A stretch of DNA of 64,000 nucleotides from Mustelus asterias (Eukaryota), in the NCBI RefSeq assembly GCF_964213995.1, contig NC_135816.1, positions 61,504,001-61,568,000 of the forward strand, given 5' to 3'. This document shows positions 35,481-48,989 of this stretch, in pieces. The notes under the pieces were generated by a model. The model worked only from the letters and a program-made list of their open reading frames with translations, was not told the origin of the DNA and did not search any database. The position numbers were made by a program, and so were the translations under genes. Numbering within the stretch: the first letter of the stretch is position 1; every line of letters begins with the position of its first letter.

Positions 35481-36887
35481 AGTCTTCAGGCATGATTTTA
35501 CGACTTTGTCATTCGGTGAGGTGAGGTGAGGTGATAAGATAGGGTGGGAGGTGAAAAAAGAGAAGCGCGCCCGGTTTCTAACCCCCCTCTGCCACCCTGA
35601 CAAGATATTATCACAGGTGACAATGGAAAGATGACAAATATTAAGGAATGATTTTGCTCTGCTTTTCACCAGTGATATGGAACAGATCGACATGACATTG
35701 AAAATGCAATAATATTTTTAAAAGATGTATAAACTAAATAAAAGGAAAGAGGAAAAAGAGACCACAAACTAAACGGCCCCGTAATACATCTTGCAGGAAA
35801 CTGCCAAATTCACACTGTCTTTTTAGCACAAACACAAATTGAGCAATGGACCCTCCTTCCAGATGTGCTCTTCTGTAAAATCAAAAATGTTCCGCTGTCA
35901 TGAGTGGTTTTTGAGTGAAAAGATTCCCCAGCCCCTCGCACAACTCCGCTAAGGGTTTCTCCGTGGACTTTTCAGGCTGTATAAGACTTCTTCATGTCAT
36001 GAATGTCTGTTCTGGTCTGAACAGAGTTCATTCATGTATTACGAATGAGTATATGGACGAGATAGCAGAAGCATTACAACTCATATTTAATCATTTGTTA
36101 GAAAAGGTGTAGTGAAGGAGGATTGGCAGATAACTAATGCAATTCCTTTATTTAAGAAGGAGGGGTGGGTGGGAAAGTGACCAGGGAACTATAGACAAAT
36201 CAGCTTAACACCATTGAAAGGAAAAATAATGCAATCCTTATAAAAGGTGAGTATAAAAGAAAATCTAGAAATGAGAAATATAGTAATGAATTGTTAGCAT
36301 GGATTTCAAAGGGGAAAATTTAGTCTGACCAAACCTACAGAATTTTTTGAGGAGGGAAGAGAGAGGGTAGACAATGTAGTTTATGTAATTTATCTGGATT
36401 TTCAAAAGACCTTCAATAACACGTCCAATTATAGATTTAACAGATAGAATCAGATAATGTGGAGTCAGATGACAAGATATAGAACCAATTGCTAGCTAGC
36501 TTCTAAACAGAAACCAGAGAATGGAAAATCGGGTTATTATTCAGAGTTGCAGAAGATGAAAGTGATATTCCTCAAGGATCAGAGCTGGAACCCTGGTTCA
36601 CAATATACATTAACAATTAGGATTCAGGAATCAAAAACATTCCTAATCTTTCGAATAGTCCATACTAAGGACTGCAACAAATTACAGGAGGACATTCATA
36701 AACTTGTAGAATAGGCAGGTGAAGTTCAACACAGTTAAATGTGAAGAATACATTTTGGTAGAAGGAATAGGGAGATCACTTATTACTTGGTAGCTGCAAG
36801 TCCAGATGGGTCAGAGGAACAAAGGAATCTCGGAGAACAAATACATCAATCATTGAAAATTCCACCACAAGCGAGCAAGGTCACAAG

Positions 36888-37180
36888 GGGGCGGCACGGG
36901 GCACAGTGGTTAGCACTGCTGCCTCACAGCGCTAGGGACCCAGGTTCGATTCCTGGCTTGGGTCACTGTCTGTGCAGAGTCTGCACGTTCTCCCCGTGTC
37001 TGCATGGGTTTCCTCTGGGTGCTCCAGTTTCTTCCCACAGTCCAAAAGAAGTGCTGGGTTAGGTGCATTGACCATTCTAAGTTCTCCCTCGGTGTCCCCG
37101 AATAGGTGCCGGAGTGTAGCGACTAGGGGATTTTCACAGTGACTGCATCACAGTGTTAATGTGACACTAATAAATGAATA
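36888..37180 (+). mobile_element. V-SINE-type SINE with an alternative (non-HE1) 3' tail
   Basis: Same head and core, then GCGACTAGGGGATTTTCACAGT...AATAAA instead of the CR1-like tail. Confidence 0.75.
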
Positions 37181-37291
37181 AAATTAAGAAAAAAAAGAAA
37201 GCAAGTAATGCCCTTAATTTTATTTCTGGAGAGACGGAATTGAAAAGTAGGGAAATTATGCTAATCCTGTATTGAAGCTTATTTGGACCAT

Positions 37292-38273
37292 TGTTGGGAA
37301 TTTGGGAAGTTAACGAGGTTAACGGCTGCTTGAGATGAAAACAAAACAACAGACAAGTAACAAGATTAGCAGGTGTCTAGAGAAATTGAGGAGTGAATTG
37401 CCATATCAGAAACATTGTTTACCAGAGAAAGTGGGGTTATACAATGATAACTTCTAAAAGCAAGGAATTTGAGAGATGTAGACTGCCAAATCCACAGGGC
37501 CAAATCCACAGAGGTTGAACAGTATAACTGCTAGCACCCTCATTGGAGAAGCAGGTTAGTTTTCCATCCAAAAGTCAGAAAGGTCATCTCCATCTAATCT
37601 TCAGAGAGACCAGTTCCATCTACAATCAGAGCCATAGAGGCCTGTTCCTTCTAACATTTAGAACCATGGCAGATTGCAGATTTTCTCCTCTAAAATACAT
37701 AGTTTTGTACCTTCATTGAATCAGGAAAATATGTTTTCCCAGACTTGGTCATCTAAGTTGTATGATAAGTATTAGCTGGATTTGACTTATAAAGTTACAA
37801 AATTGGATGTTGTTTTGGGGAAAGGGGTGTCTCAGTGAATTCAGGGTACATGGATATATTTTGGGAACAAAGGGTAATTACAGATAAAAAGGTGTATTTT
37901 GTTATTAATGTACTTAAGCATCACAGTATATCTTACTTGGACCACTGTGGGCTATAGTGGGGTTAGACACCTAGACACCTGTTAATCTTGTTACGACAAA
38001 TTGCATCTCATTATTCCTCTAGACACCTGATAATCTTGTTATGTGTCTGTTAGTTTGTTTTCAGTGTTTTTTATCATGTGTTTTTCTTTACTTTTACTTT
38101 AATAAATACAGTTTATTAATTGTTTACACAACGACTGGAGTGGTTCCTCACTGGGTTGTACATTGTTCCTCACATTATTCCAAACAAATATACACTACCA
38201 AGAACCAGTGTTTCAAGTTATCCTTCGGGGTTTTGAGACATTCTCACAGGTAACATCAGTGTGGTTCTTAACA
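37292..38273 (+). mobile_element. Solo LTR (~980 bp) inserted in CR1
   Basis: TGTT...AACA termini, imperfect 4-bp TSD CCAT/CCAC, AATAAA at 38101. CR1 sequence resumes after it. Confidence 0.6.
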
Positions 38274-40691
38274 CCACACTCAAGAGTATTGCTTGCAGTT
38301 ATGGTCACCATAATATAAAAAATGATACAGAGGCACTAGAGAGATTGCAGAGAAAATTTACCAAGGATGACAACAGAAATGCATGACTATCCATAGCAGG
38401 AAGGGGTGGCATTCTGTATCTCTTTTCTCTTGATAAAAGAAGGCTGAGGGATGACCTAGTAGAAGTCTTTAAAATTATGAAAGGTTTTGATAGTGTGGAT
38501 ACGGAGAGAATGCTTCCTCTTGTGGGGAAGAGCATCATTAGAGGTCATCAACATAAAATAGTTACCAAGAAATCCAATAATGAATTCAGAAGAAACTTCT
38601 TCACATGTAGATGGTAATAATATGGAACTCACTCGCACAGTGAGCGGATGAAGTGAATAGTATAGATGCATTTAACAGGAAGTTAGACAAGCATTTGTGG
38701 GAGAAGGGAATAGACAGTTACGATGGTACAGGTAGATGAGAAATGATGGGAGACAAAGTGGAGAAGAAGCACTGCATGGTCGGTTGAATGGCTTGTTTCT
38801 GAACTTTATATCCTACCTAAGTCTATGTGGTCTGTCAGTGGAACAAAGTACCAGCATTACTGCTCCAGGACCATTCAACTCCACCCACCCCTCACCCTTG
38901 ATTGTAAGAGGAATGTTGTGTCATTTAAATAATACCTTCTGAATGATAAAATGTTTTTCTCCTTTTTGTCATATTCATCCAAGAACTTTTAGAAAATGAG
39001 ACAGATTTTTCTTTTCCTGACCCTTGAAAAACTGGACTGTCTGATTACAGCGAATAAAGGTAATTTGGGCCAATTTTATTATTCCTTTATTAGGATGAGG
39101 ACATCTCCAGCAAGGCCAACATTTATTGCCCATCTCTAATTGCCCTTGAGAAGATGGTGGTGAGTCACCTTCTTGAATCGCTGCAGTCCACCTGATGTAG
39201 ATACACCTACAGTGCTGTTCAGAAGGAAGATCCAGGATTTTCATCCCACCACACTGAGGGAATGATGATAGAGGATGGGATCTTGAGCCTGCGCTCTCTG
39301 TCCGCGAGATCGCCAGCGAGGGTTCAAGATCCGGAGAATTGTGAATCTCAGCAATGAGATCACGATCGCGATGATTAGGATCATCATCCTAATAAAGGAA
39401 TAATAAATTCGGCCCACATTACCTTTATTCATTGTAATCAGACAATCCAGTTTTTCAAGGATCAGGAAGAGAAAACTCTGCCTCATTCTCTCTGTATCCA
39501 CACTATTGAAACCTTTCATAATTTTAAAGACTTCTACTAGGTCATCCCTCAGCCTTCTTTTATCAAGAGAAAAGAGATACAGAGTGCCACTCCTTTCTGC
39601 TATGGATAGTTATGCATTTCTGTTGTCATCCTTGGATGCAGTGCCAACCTGCGCCAGGAGGCCGTGCCAGGCAGGCCCCAGGGGGAGCCTCACATGTGGG
39701 CTCATCTATTTATGGTAGGGGGCAGAGTAGACACAGAGAGGTTCTAGAGGTGATCAGGTGTGTGGGGTGGGAGGGGGGAAGAGGGCAATGGCAGGGATGA
39801 TTGGGATATGGCAGGAGGGGTTGCCAGGGATGATCAGGTTGGGGGGAGGGGGAGGCCATAGATATCTCCATGGTGGAAGGGGACAGGTTAATTTTGTGTG
39901 ACAGTGATCGGGGTGCCCTTAATCTATGTGGAGTTGGTTCCCGACTCTAAGGGCCCGATTTTACCATAATGGGCACGAAAATATGGTAAAGTCGGGCATG
40001 AGGCCATTAACGTGATGCGCACCCACGTCCACGCAGATGCCCACTTTACCGAGGCCCGGGAATGGCCGCGATCCGATTCGCACCCGAAACGGGCACAACG
40101 GCGATTTAAATGCATTTGCATGCATTTCAATTGAATTAATGAACTGCCCGCCCAACTTTATCAGCATTTCCCCCTTTACCACCGCGTTTGCCAATCCGGA
40201 ATCGGGCCGAAATAGACATGCTGAATAAAAGTCTTATTTGGATGCTTCATCAGTGAGGGTTGGCGAGGAGGTAGGTGCATGGCGTCCGACGGCTCTCTGC
40301 TACTCACGGGTGTCCTGTTGTTGCAGCCATTTTCTATCTCGGGTTGGTGGCGGCTCTGCGAGTGTGTGGGGGGTGGGGGGCTGTTGCTCTGCACGGTCTC
40401 CGATGTCTGACTTGCAGCACGGACCCGGGTCTCAGCACTGACCTCGGGTCTTGTAGTGCTGCTGGGTCCTAGCACCGCAGCTCACTTCAGGCTGAAGGAT
40501 GTGCACAAAGCTCTTGCAGATAGCTCTGCTGCGGCCTCTCAACTTTGCCGTGATTGTGGGGAGCCTGTGGCTGGGGGGATTGGGGGGCTGTAATTGTTGA
40601 TATGCTAGGGGCAAGCAGCGTTGCATGACTTCCATATTTGTTCATCTCCACCTCCCCCACCCCCCGCCCCACCCCTTTCCAGAGTGACAAG

Positions 40692-41734
40692 ATGGCTTTT
40701 GCAAAGCAACCAATTGATCTTGCTGTTCTTTTGGTTGCTGCTAGAGCTGAGGAGGAGGAGCTGGAGGAGGAATTGCGGGCCCAGGAGGCCCAGGCCTTAC
40801 CACTTGTGGGACCGGAGGGAGATGACCACCAGAGACAGAGGTGGCCGCCATTCACCCAGAGCGGGAGCATAGGAGAAGGAGGGAGCAGAGACCCCGGCAG
40901 TTCCGAGCACGAGTGTCCTTCGAGGAGATGTCGGACACCGTGTGCCTCCGACGTCTCCGACTCCGAAAGGATGTCGTGCGACACCTGTGCGACCTGTTGC
41001 AGACCTGGCGCCTCGGGACTTTGGGAGTCACCCACTCTCAGTGGCTGTCAGATTGACGGCCGCTCTGAACTTCTATGCGATTGGCTCCTTCCAGAGTCTG
41101 AGCGGAGATGTCTGTGGCACCTTCCATTCTTCAGTCCACACCTGTGTCAAGCAGGTCACTGATGTCCTGTATGCCCGGGCTGGGCAGTACATCAAATTCA
41201 ACCTGGACCAGGGCCATCAGGAAGCCCGGGCTGCAGGGTTCGCTGCAATTACGGGGATGCCGAATGTGCAGGGGGCCATCAACTGCACCCACGTCGCCCT
41301 CAGGGCCTCCCTACAGAATCCATGATGATTTGTTAAAAGGAAGGGGCTCCACTCTCTGAATGTACAAATCGTGTGTGACCACCCGCGTGACAGTAGAGAG
41401 GTGCATTGGGCTCCTCAAGCTGTGATTCTGGTGCCTGGACCAATCTGGAGGGGCCCTCCAGTACAGCCCCCTGATCTCCTCCCGCATAGTGGTGGTGTGC
41501 TGTGCCCTGCACAATCTGGCTCTGCAGCAAGGTGACCTCTTGGAGGAGGAAGAGGACATGGAGGATGACCAACCGGCTGTTACTGAGGAGGTTGACCAGC
41601 AGGAGGAGGAGGAAGGGGAGGAGGAGGAAGAGGACGCCTTGTTACACCAGCCAGGCGGTGGAGGGCTGACATCTCAGCTGAGGCATGCGAGGGCAGCAAG
41701 GGAGGCTCTGATAACCAGGCGGTTCAGTCGCTAG
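40692..41734 (+). pseudogene. HARBI1-like Harbinger DDE transposase, disrupted
   Basis: LTAALNFYAIGSFQ, GMPNVQGAINCTHV, RKG.HSLNVQIVCD, ERCIGLLK..F.CL, VCCALHN. Frameshifts, stops and an internal deletion. Confidence 0.9.
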
Positions 41735-42354
41735 GGGATGGTGATTGTGGGTTCCATTTCCCCCGCCCCTCAAAAATGCCTTCCATTTATCCTGCACATT
41801 GCCACACCAGAGTGGTGGGCCTGGGTACTCTGTGTTAGTGAGTTTTTTGGCAGGCAGGAGGGTGATGACGACTCGTTAAGCACCATTCTGATGACGCCCT
41901 GGTGCAAACTAGTCTGACTCCTACCTGAGCTCCACATGCACGCTGGCACCTGGGCCCATGCCTGTCTAGTGGATAAGGGATCCGAAACCCCCATACAGGG
42001 CCCTGGAGCGGGTGGGGTGGGAGATGGGAGGTCATTGCTGGTGGGGTCTGGAGAGACCAATGGCTTCCTTTTCTCAGTGACACCGCATTGAGGGGCCGCC
42101 CCAACTGATATCACCATGAGGCATCCATCGGGTGATCGTCAATGGGGCAGGAATCAAATTCGAGACAACTTGTTCGCAGGTGGTTGTTGAGAAAAAACAT
42201 TTATTTACAATAAAGGCGTTCAGATAAGCTGTTGTAACATAAAAACTTGTGAAAAGAAAACGTTAAGCTGCTTAAATATCTTTCTAACTAATGCAGCCCT
42301 TCACCTGTGCCATCTCAGTGCAACTACAACTTCCTAACCTTACGTGGCCTACCA

Positions 42355-44156
42355 CTACCTCTCAGTGACTCCCCAGATATACATTGGAGGTGGAGGGGGC
42401 CAGCTGCCTACCTCGCCCCGTGGCCTGTGATGCGCGTGGGCTCTGGAGGCCCTGAACCTTGAGGGCCCTGGCCTGCTTCCAGGTGTCTGGGATGTTTCCA
42501 TGACACCCCCCTCATCCCGCTGCCCCTGAGATGCCCCGGTGTCAGGAAGTGGGGAGTCAGAGGGTGTTGCCATAGCCACAGTCTCCTGGCTGGAAGGCCC
42601 TGGCGTGGGCTCAAGCCCTTCCTCCTCCCTTGGGGTTCCTTTTGGTCCCTGGGTCACTCCATGGGACACTAGTGCTTCTGCAGTGAGGTCCAGAAGCTCC
42701 GGTGTCACCTGGCACTGCCAGTCCTGGAGGACCACCTGCGTCCTACCTTGAGTCGTGGGCCATCTCTCAATAGCCGCAGTAAGTGCCCTCTGGGACTGGC
42801 CCACACTCTGCAAGCCCTCAGCCATGGCCCTCTGAGACTGGGCCACCTTCTCAAGGGTTGCTGCCATTGCCCGCTTTGTCTCAGTGCTGTCCCGTTGGTC
42901 TCCTGCAAGCTCACAAGCCTCTCAGCCATGGGCCGCAGAATCTCGAGAAGCCAGCTCAGTCCCTCCGCTGTGGCCTGCTGTGATTCGGCCATTTCTTGGA
43001 GCCTGCCACCCATGGTGATGATCCCCTGCCCCAGTCTTTCCACTGCAGATGCCACCCATGCAGTATTGGCCTAGGAACCACGCAAGACAGGCAATAGCTG
43101 GTCCACCTGAAAGCTTTGGGACTCCTCCCAGCAGCCTCACAGTTGGTCCAGTGTGGCTGTCAGCCCCTCCTGCATTCCCTGACTCTGTTGCTGCATCTCT
43201 AGCAGCTGAGGGAGAAGTAATCTCAGAGGACCAGCATGTAGCCTGGGGCCAGCTGAATCCTCGCCTCCGGCAGGCTCCCGCATGCCAGAGGCCTCAGATG
43301 TTCCCTCCTCCACTCGATGTACATCAGCAGATGTGTCGTGCTCACCAGATTGTGACCCAGAAACCTCAACACTAACTGGACCCACCGATGTGTCAGTTTC
43401 TGCGATGGTGAGTTGTGAGATACAAGCTGACGGATAAACAGTGCCACCCTCGGAGGTCGCTTCACCCATATCCTCTGAGGACTTGTCCGCGCTATCGTTC
43501 TCAGGATGGATGGGAGCTGTAGCCAGGGCCTGCAGTCCAGAAGCCCCTGGGGCATCCAGATCTGTCCCTGCTACACAGGACACAAGGTTAAGTGCAAGGG
43601 AGGGAGAGGAATCCGGGATGCCAAACACATGATTCACATGTCTCCATTGAACATAGAACAAAGAAACCAGAAAATTACATCACATGAGCAGGCCCTTCGG
43701 CCCTCTAATCCTGTAGCAACCAGGCTGCCCATCTGATTTGTTTGCCCCTCCCCTTCCAGGGGCCACATGCCTCTATTCCCTGCCCATTCAGATAGCTGTA
43801 GAGATGCCCCTTAAATGTCCCCATTGTTTCTGCATCCAAGACCTCCCCCGGCAGTGAGTTCCAGGCACCCACTACCCTCTCTATGCAAATAAACATGCCT
43901 CGTACATCTCCTTTACACCTTGCCCCTTGCACCCGAAACTCGTGCCCCCCAGAAGTTGCCTCAAAGTGAGTGTAGGAATGACAGGTGCTCACGTCTAGAC
44001 GGCAGCTCGACCATGCTGTTGCTGACAGCCCGCGTTTCCCCTTCTCTAGGGAGCTCCAGTGCCCGTTCATCGAAGGGGGTGAGGACCCGGAGGTCTAGCT
44101 CACCAGCCCCCCCCCATCCTCGCCCTCTCACGGGTGTTGTGCTCGGTCTTCTTCTG
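42355..44156 (-). pseudogene. Harbinger accessory Myb/SANT-like (NAIF1-related) gene, 3' exons
   Basis: CTCCACAG acceptor then KKTEHNTRERARMGG...LRVLTPFDERALE. Downstream exon is low-complexity/coiled-coil. Convergent with the transposase. Confidence 0.65.
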
Positions 44157-44272
44157 TGGAGAGAGAAGGAGCCATGAAATAAATGGTGGCGTCCTGCAGA
44201 GAATCAGGTGGTGACCCTTAGAGGGCAAACACAGTGGGGCTCATTGTGGGGAAAGGAAGGAGGTGTTTGGGG

Positions 44273-44472
44273 NNNNNNNNNNNNNNNNNNNNNNNNNNNN
44301 NNNNNNNNNNNNNNNNNNNNNNNNNNNNNNNNNNNNNNNNNNNNNNNNNNNNNNNNNNNNNNNNNNNNNNNNNNNNNNNNNNNNNNNNNNNNNNNNNNNN
44401 NNNNNNNNNNNNNNNNNNNNNNNNNNNNNNNNNNNNNNNNNNNNNNNNNNNNNNNNNNNNNNNNNNNNNNNN
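44273..44472. other. Assembly gap (200 N)
   Basis: Run of N. Confidence 1.
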
Positions 44473-47400
44473 AAACAAAGGAAGTGCTTCTGCCATAGTT
44501 GGCTCATGTTGCTGCATATCAACCTGAGGATCAAAAACAAGAATATTGAACACTTCCTCCACTGGCTTGCATTCACAATCTGACACAGCAGAGTAAATGT
44601 GTAAATTTCATACTTACAAAAGCAAAGAATCAGCAGTCCTCAGATCTGAATGTTGATTTTAGTCAATTCAGCCATCACTTTCTTTACAGCAAAGGACGCT
44701 GATTAGAAAGGCAGCATAGTATTTATGTTACTGGATTTGTAATCCAGAGGCTTTGGTTAATGATCTGGAGACCTGAGTTCCAGTCTCGCCGCAGCAACTG
44801 GGTGGTTTAAATTATTCTGGATTAAAAAGCAATGTTGACCATGTAACTACTGGATTATTATTACCCTTGCCTGCTCTGGCCTATATTTGACTCTAGACCC
44901 ACAATGTGGTCAGTCCTTACCTATCTCCTGGAATGCCTAGCAAGTCATTCAATTGTGTTCAAGGAGACGTTTTATCTCCAAAGGTAAAACGGACAATAAA
45001 TGCTGGTCCTGTCATCCTTAATGAATGAAAAAACATGGGTTGAGCCTGTCAGTTTCAGGGTGAGAGGAGATGGAATCAGGTTCCAGGTGTAGTATCTTTG
45101 TCAGAACACAGATCAAACAGGGGGTCCAGGAAACTTTTCTCCTTGTCAGGACTACATGGTGTGCTTCCAGAATTTTAGAAATGTTCATTTTTCAGAACTC
45201 TTGCAACTATAGATTTCTGTCAATGTTTCACAATTGCTTGCCTTTTTCACTCTCGAGCTATCATCACATGCTAAGTTTCAGCTTCCACGAGGGCGCTCTG
45301 GGACGAGATTCCAGGTTTGGCAAACTGCTTAGATCCTCAAATTGGAAAGGATTCTAGCTAGCTGACAGGAATAACGCTGGGATCTGGGCAGAGGCCTGAG
45401 AAACCCTAACCCCAAAGTGGGAACAAGGCCAGTTACAGGCAGAACACCATCATGAGTCTGCATTCTAAAATTCTATTCAGATCCTTGGCATTTCTCTCCA
45501 CGTTTGTATTTACCCATCTGTTTAACTTTTCATTTAATCACTTCTAATTTGTCTAATTGGCATTAAAGATGCTAATGCTCTAACTGAGCATTAAAAATCC
45601 TCCAATAATGAAACACGTGTTTTGTTCCAAAATAGGAGTTACCCAATGAAACTTGCCACTGTGGCTAAAATGCTTTTTGATTTGATTTAATTTCTAATTG
45701 TCACGGGTATTGGTATTCAGTGAAAAGTATCGCTTCTTACACGCTATACAGACAAAGCATACTGTTCATAATGTACATAACAGAGAAGGAAAGGAAAGGG
45801 TGCAGAATGTAGTATTACCGCCATAGCTAGGGTTCAGAGAAAGATCAACTTAATATAAGGTAGGTCCATTCAAAAGTTTGATGGCAGCAGGAGAGAAGCT
45901 GTTCTTGAGTTGGCTGGTATGTGATCTCAGACTTTTGTATCTTTTTCCCGATGGAAAAAAGGTGGAAGAGTGGGGTTCTTGATTATGCTGGCTGCTTTTC
46001 CAAAGCATTGGGAAATGTAGACGGAATCAATGGATGGGAGGCTGGTTTGCTGATGGACTGGGCTATTGAGTGGTTCAGCGATATGGGTACAAATTGGTAA
46101 AAGACAAGTCCAGCACTGCAGGGGTGAGGGAGACAGTGGTATAGTGGTGGTGTCCCCGGACTAATCATCCAAAGGACCAGGCCAATCCTTTGAGGACTGG
46201 GTTCAAATTCCACCATGGCAGTTGAGAGAAGTTTAAACTCAAGTAATAAACTCAATAAATTAAATAGAAAATCTGGAATTGAAAGCTAGTCTCAGGAATG
46301 AGAGCTATTAAACTATCAATTGTAATAAAAAGCCAGCTGATTCACTAGGAAAGGAAATCTGTCATCCATCAGCCTACATTTGAATCCAGACCCACACAAT
46401 TTGGTGGACTCTTAATTGTTTCCAAGGGATGAGGAGAATTGTTAGTCTTACCAGTGATGCCCACAACACATGAACGAATAAACAAAAAGTCAGGAATCAC
46501 TTCTTTACACAAAGACAGATCAGCAACTGGAATGGCATTGGGGAAATGTGTTTGTATGAAAGGATGAACTAGTACATTGAAATGTCTTATCTTACCTGCA
46601 GCGGTGAAGTAATGTGCCTTTATTTCAGACTCAAAGGAGGCGATCTTGAGCCCATGTTCGCCATCCATGGGAATAGCAGGGGGTTGGCTCAAGATTTGGC
46701 AAAACCCAGAAGTTGAGGATCTCGCCAGCAAGATCATGACTTCTGATTTTGGCCACCCCTCACCGGTGACATAATCAGGTTCATGCCCATAACAGGTATG
46801 AATCTGATTTAAATACATTTTAATGTATTTACATGTCATTAACTGCCCTCCCAGCCATATATTGACCCCTGCGGTATATTCAAACCACGCTGACATGACA
46901 TCACCCAGACGTGAACCTGTCTTGGGAATCCCCCCAGGGCATAGAGGCGAACATAGCCCCTGGGGAGAGGAACAAGACCAGGCAGTGGCCTGGCATTGCC
47001 CCTGGCAATGCCCCCTGGCACTGCCCCTAGGCACTGGTTGGCAATGCCCAGTTGGCACCATGGCAACCTAGCAGTGCCAACCTGTGCTGGGGACAGTGCC
47101 AGGGCAGAACCTCGTGGGAGCCTCATGGGGGAGGAAGGGATTTATTTATTTGTGGTGGTGGGAGGGGGGAGAGCAGACTTGGGAACGAGGGATGCTGATG
47201 ATGGCTGTTTGTAGGGGGGGGGGGGTTGGGTATGGGTGGATGCTTGTGTTGACTGTGTGGGTGAGAGTTTGGGGGTAAGGGGTCCGATATTTGTGGGGAA
47301 GGGGGGTGCCTGACTGGCTGTATGGGTAGGGGGAAGGGATCCGATGTTTGGAAGGGAAGGACAGAGTGTCGGCATTGACGGTTGGAGATAGGTGGGGGGT

Positions 47401-48989
47401 GGAAATGCCTGCTTCAAAGTGGGGGGAGGCGGGGGAGGGGGGGGGAAGATTCATCCATCGTGTTGAAAAATAAATAATATCTGTGCAGAAGAAATTTTTG
47501 GCTGTGTTTGTTTCCAATTCTGTGCACATACTGTTCTAGTGTTTACTCCCTTACATCATTGCAAGTGACAGTGTAAGCAGTGGCCTAATCTGTACAGGCT
47601 TACATGTATATTTGTAACTGTGGAAGAACATTTTGTAAAAGGGAAAAAGAAACATTGGAGCCCTAGTCACTGCTATCTTTTCTTGGAGACACTAAAAAAA
47701 AAGACTTTGAAAAAAATTAATTTTAGAAACACTGAAACATTTGTGTGGATTTTGAGTAACGTTAGTCAGAGATTTAGAACTGGTGTGAAGCAACAAAAAA
47801 ATAGCTTTGGCTTTAACTGGTGCTGCACTTTAATTTATGGGACTGTCAGCAGAAAGCAATCTGGTACACTTTAGGTTTAATGTGATGTATAAGATGGTAG
47901 AATGACTCTGCCACGGGAAATAATGCCTTAGGACAGTATCAGAGCGCAATGGAGTCGAGTCATTGCATTTCTGGGCATCCTCTGACCAATGCACATCTTA
48001 TCAAAATAAAAATCTTATCAAAATATTTTGAGGATCAGGGAAGATTACTCGATGGCGAAACTTACATTTCCATCGACACAGGAGCACAGTGATTGCAATG
48101 AAGCAGATTAAAACTGAAAACACGAAAGGTCAACAGAATTGAAGAAATCAAGTTGCTAACTAGCACCCCTGATACCTGAAATAGAATCAGAGAACAAGGA
48201 ACTTCCTTTGCAAAATGAAAACCAATGTAAATTTAAGAATGTTATCTAAAAAATGGAACAAAGTGATATCCATTAAACATTACTTGGGCATGTGATCACC
48301 AAGATCCAGAGTTTTGTATCAATCATCAGAGCAAGTTAAAGATATTTGGGTCTATACCAAGTACCTCTCATGATACAATCATCTAAAATTAAGGATGCTG
48401 TACCACCCCTGCTTTATTTCTATGTAAATCAGATTTCTCTGATCACAATCTGATCTGTTTCCAAAACATTACAACCAGATTTTCAATAAATCCACCTCTG
48501 AAAGATTAGGGCAGAACTTACACCCTGACTATATCCCAGTTTTCTGGGTCGGGGGTTATTAAATATACAAAGAGTGTTCACAGTGTGGTGAACCATAGAT
48601 GGTTACCCCTATGGGTACTGAATGATGCGCGTCAATAAGCACATGGAATCAAGGCTTCGGTATTGAAGGCTTTAATAAAGTAACAAGGGAACTACTAACA
48701 CGAATACACCAGTTCAGACTGAAGGGGTCCTGCCGGAGCAGGGGGTCTTATACCCTGCCACCGGAGGCGGGACCCCACTGGAATGTGCCACGATAACTCT
48801 CATAACAGGTAAACACCCTAACCCAACAACATAGTACAACCCCCACAGTAATAACACCCTAGCCCAACAGTAACATGGTAACAAACCCCAGTGGTGAACC
48901 AACGATGGTTCACCACATTCACCCCTCCTTTAAGAACAAAAGGTGGCGGGGTGGACGAAAAACAGACAATAACAGAAAAGTCACAGGAT

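Larger units (their letters stand above)
36010..38810 (+). mobile_element. Old, heavily mutated CR1 RT region interrupted by a SINE and a solo LTR
   Basis: Remnants of NYR..SLT, QHGF, YLDFQK, PQGS, RRLRDDLVEVFKIMKG. Confidence 0.75.
39951..44272 (+). mobile_element. Decayed autonomous PIF/Harbinger transposon (right end lost in the assembly gap)
   Basis: TAA target followed by TIR GGGCCCGATTTTACCA. Convergent transposase and Myb/SANT-type genes. Confidence 0.88.

Noticed and set aside
44208-44586. ORFs containing poly-X
   Set aside because: They span the N gap.
44473-44674. Leader-like exon MAELTKINIQI*GLLILCF|GTAAGT followed by a short intron
   Set aside because: In-frame stops in both putative exons and it runs into the gap. 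At best an unidentifiable pseudogene.
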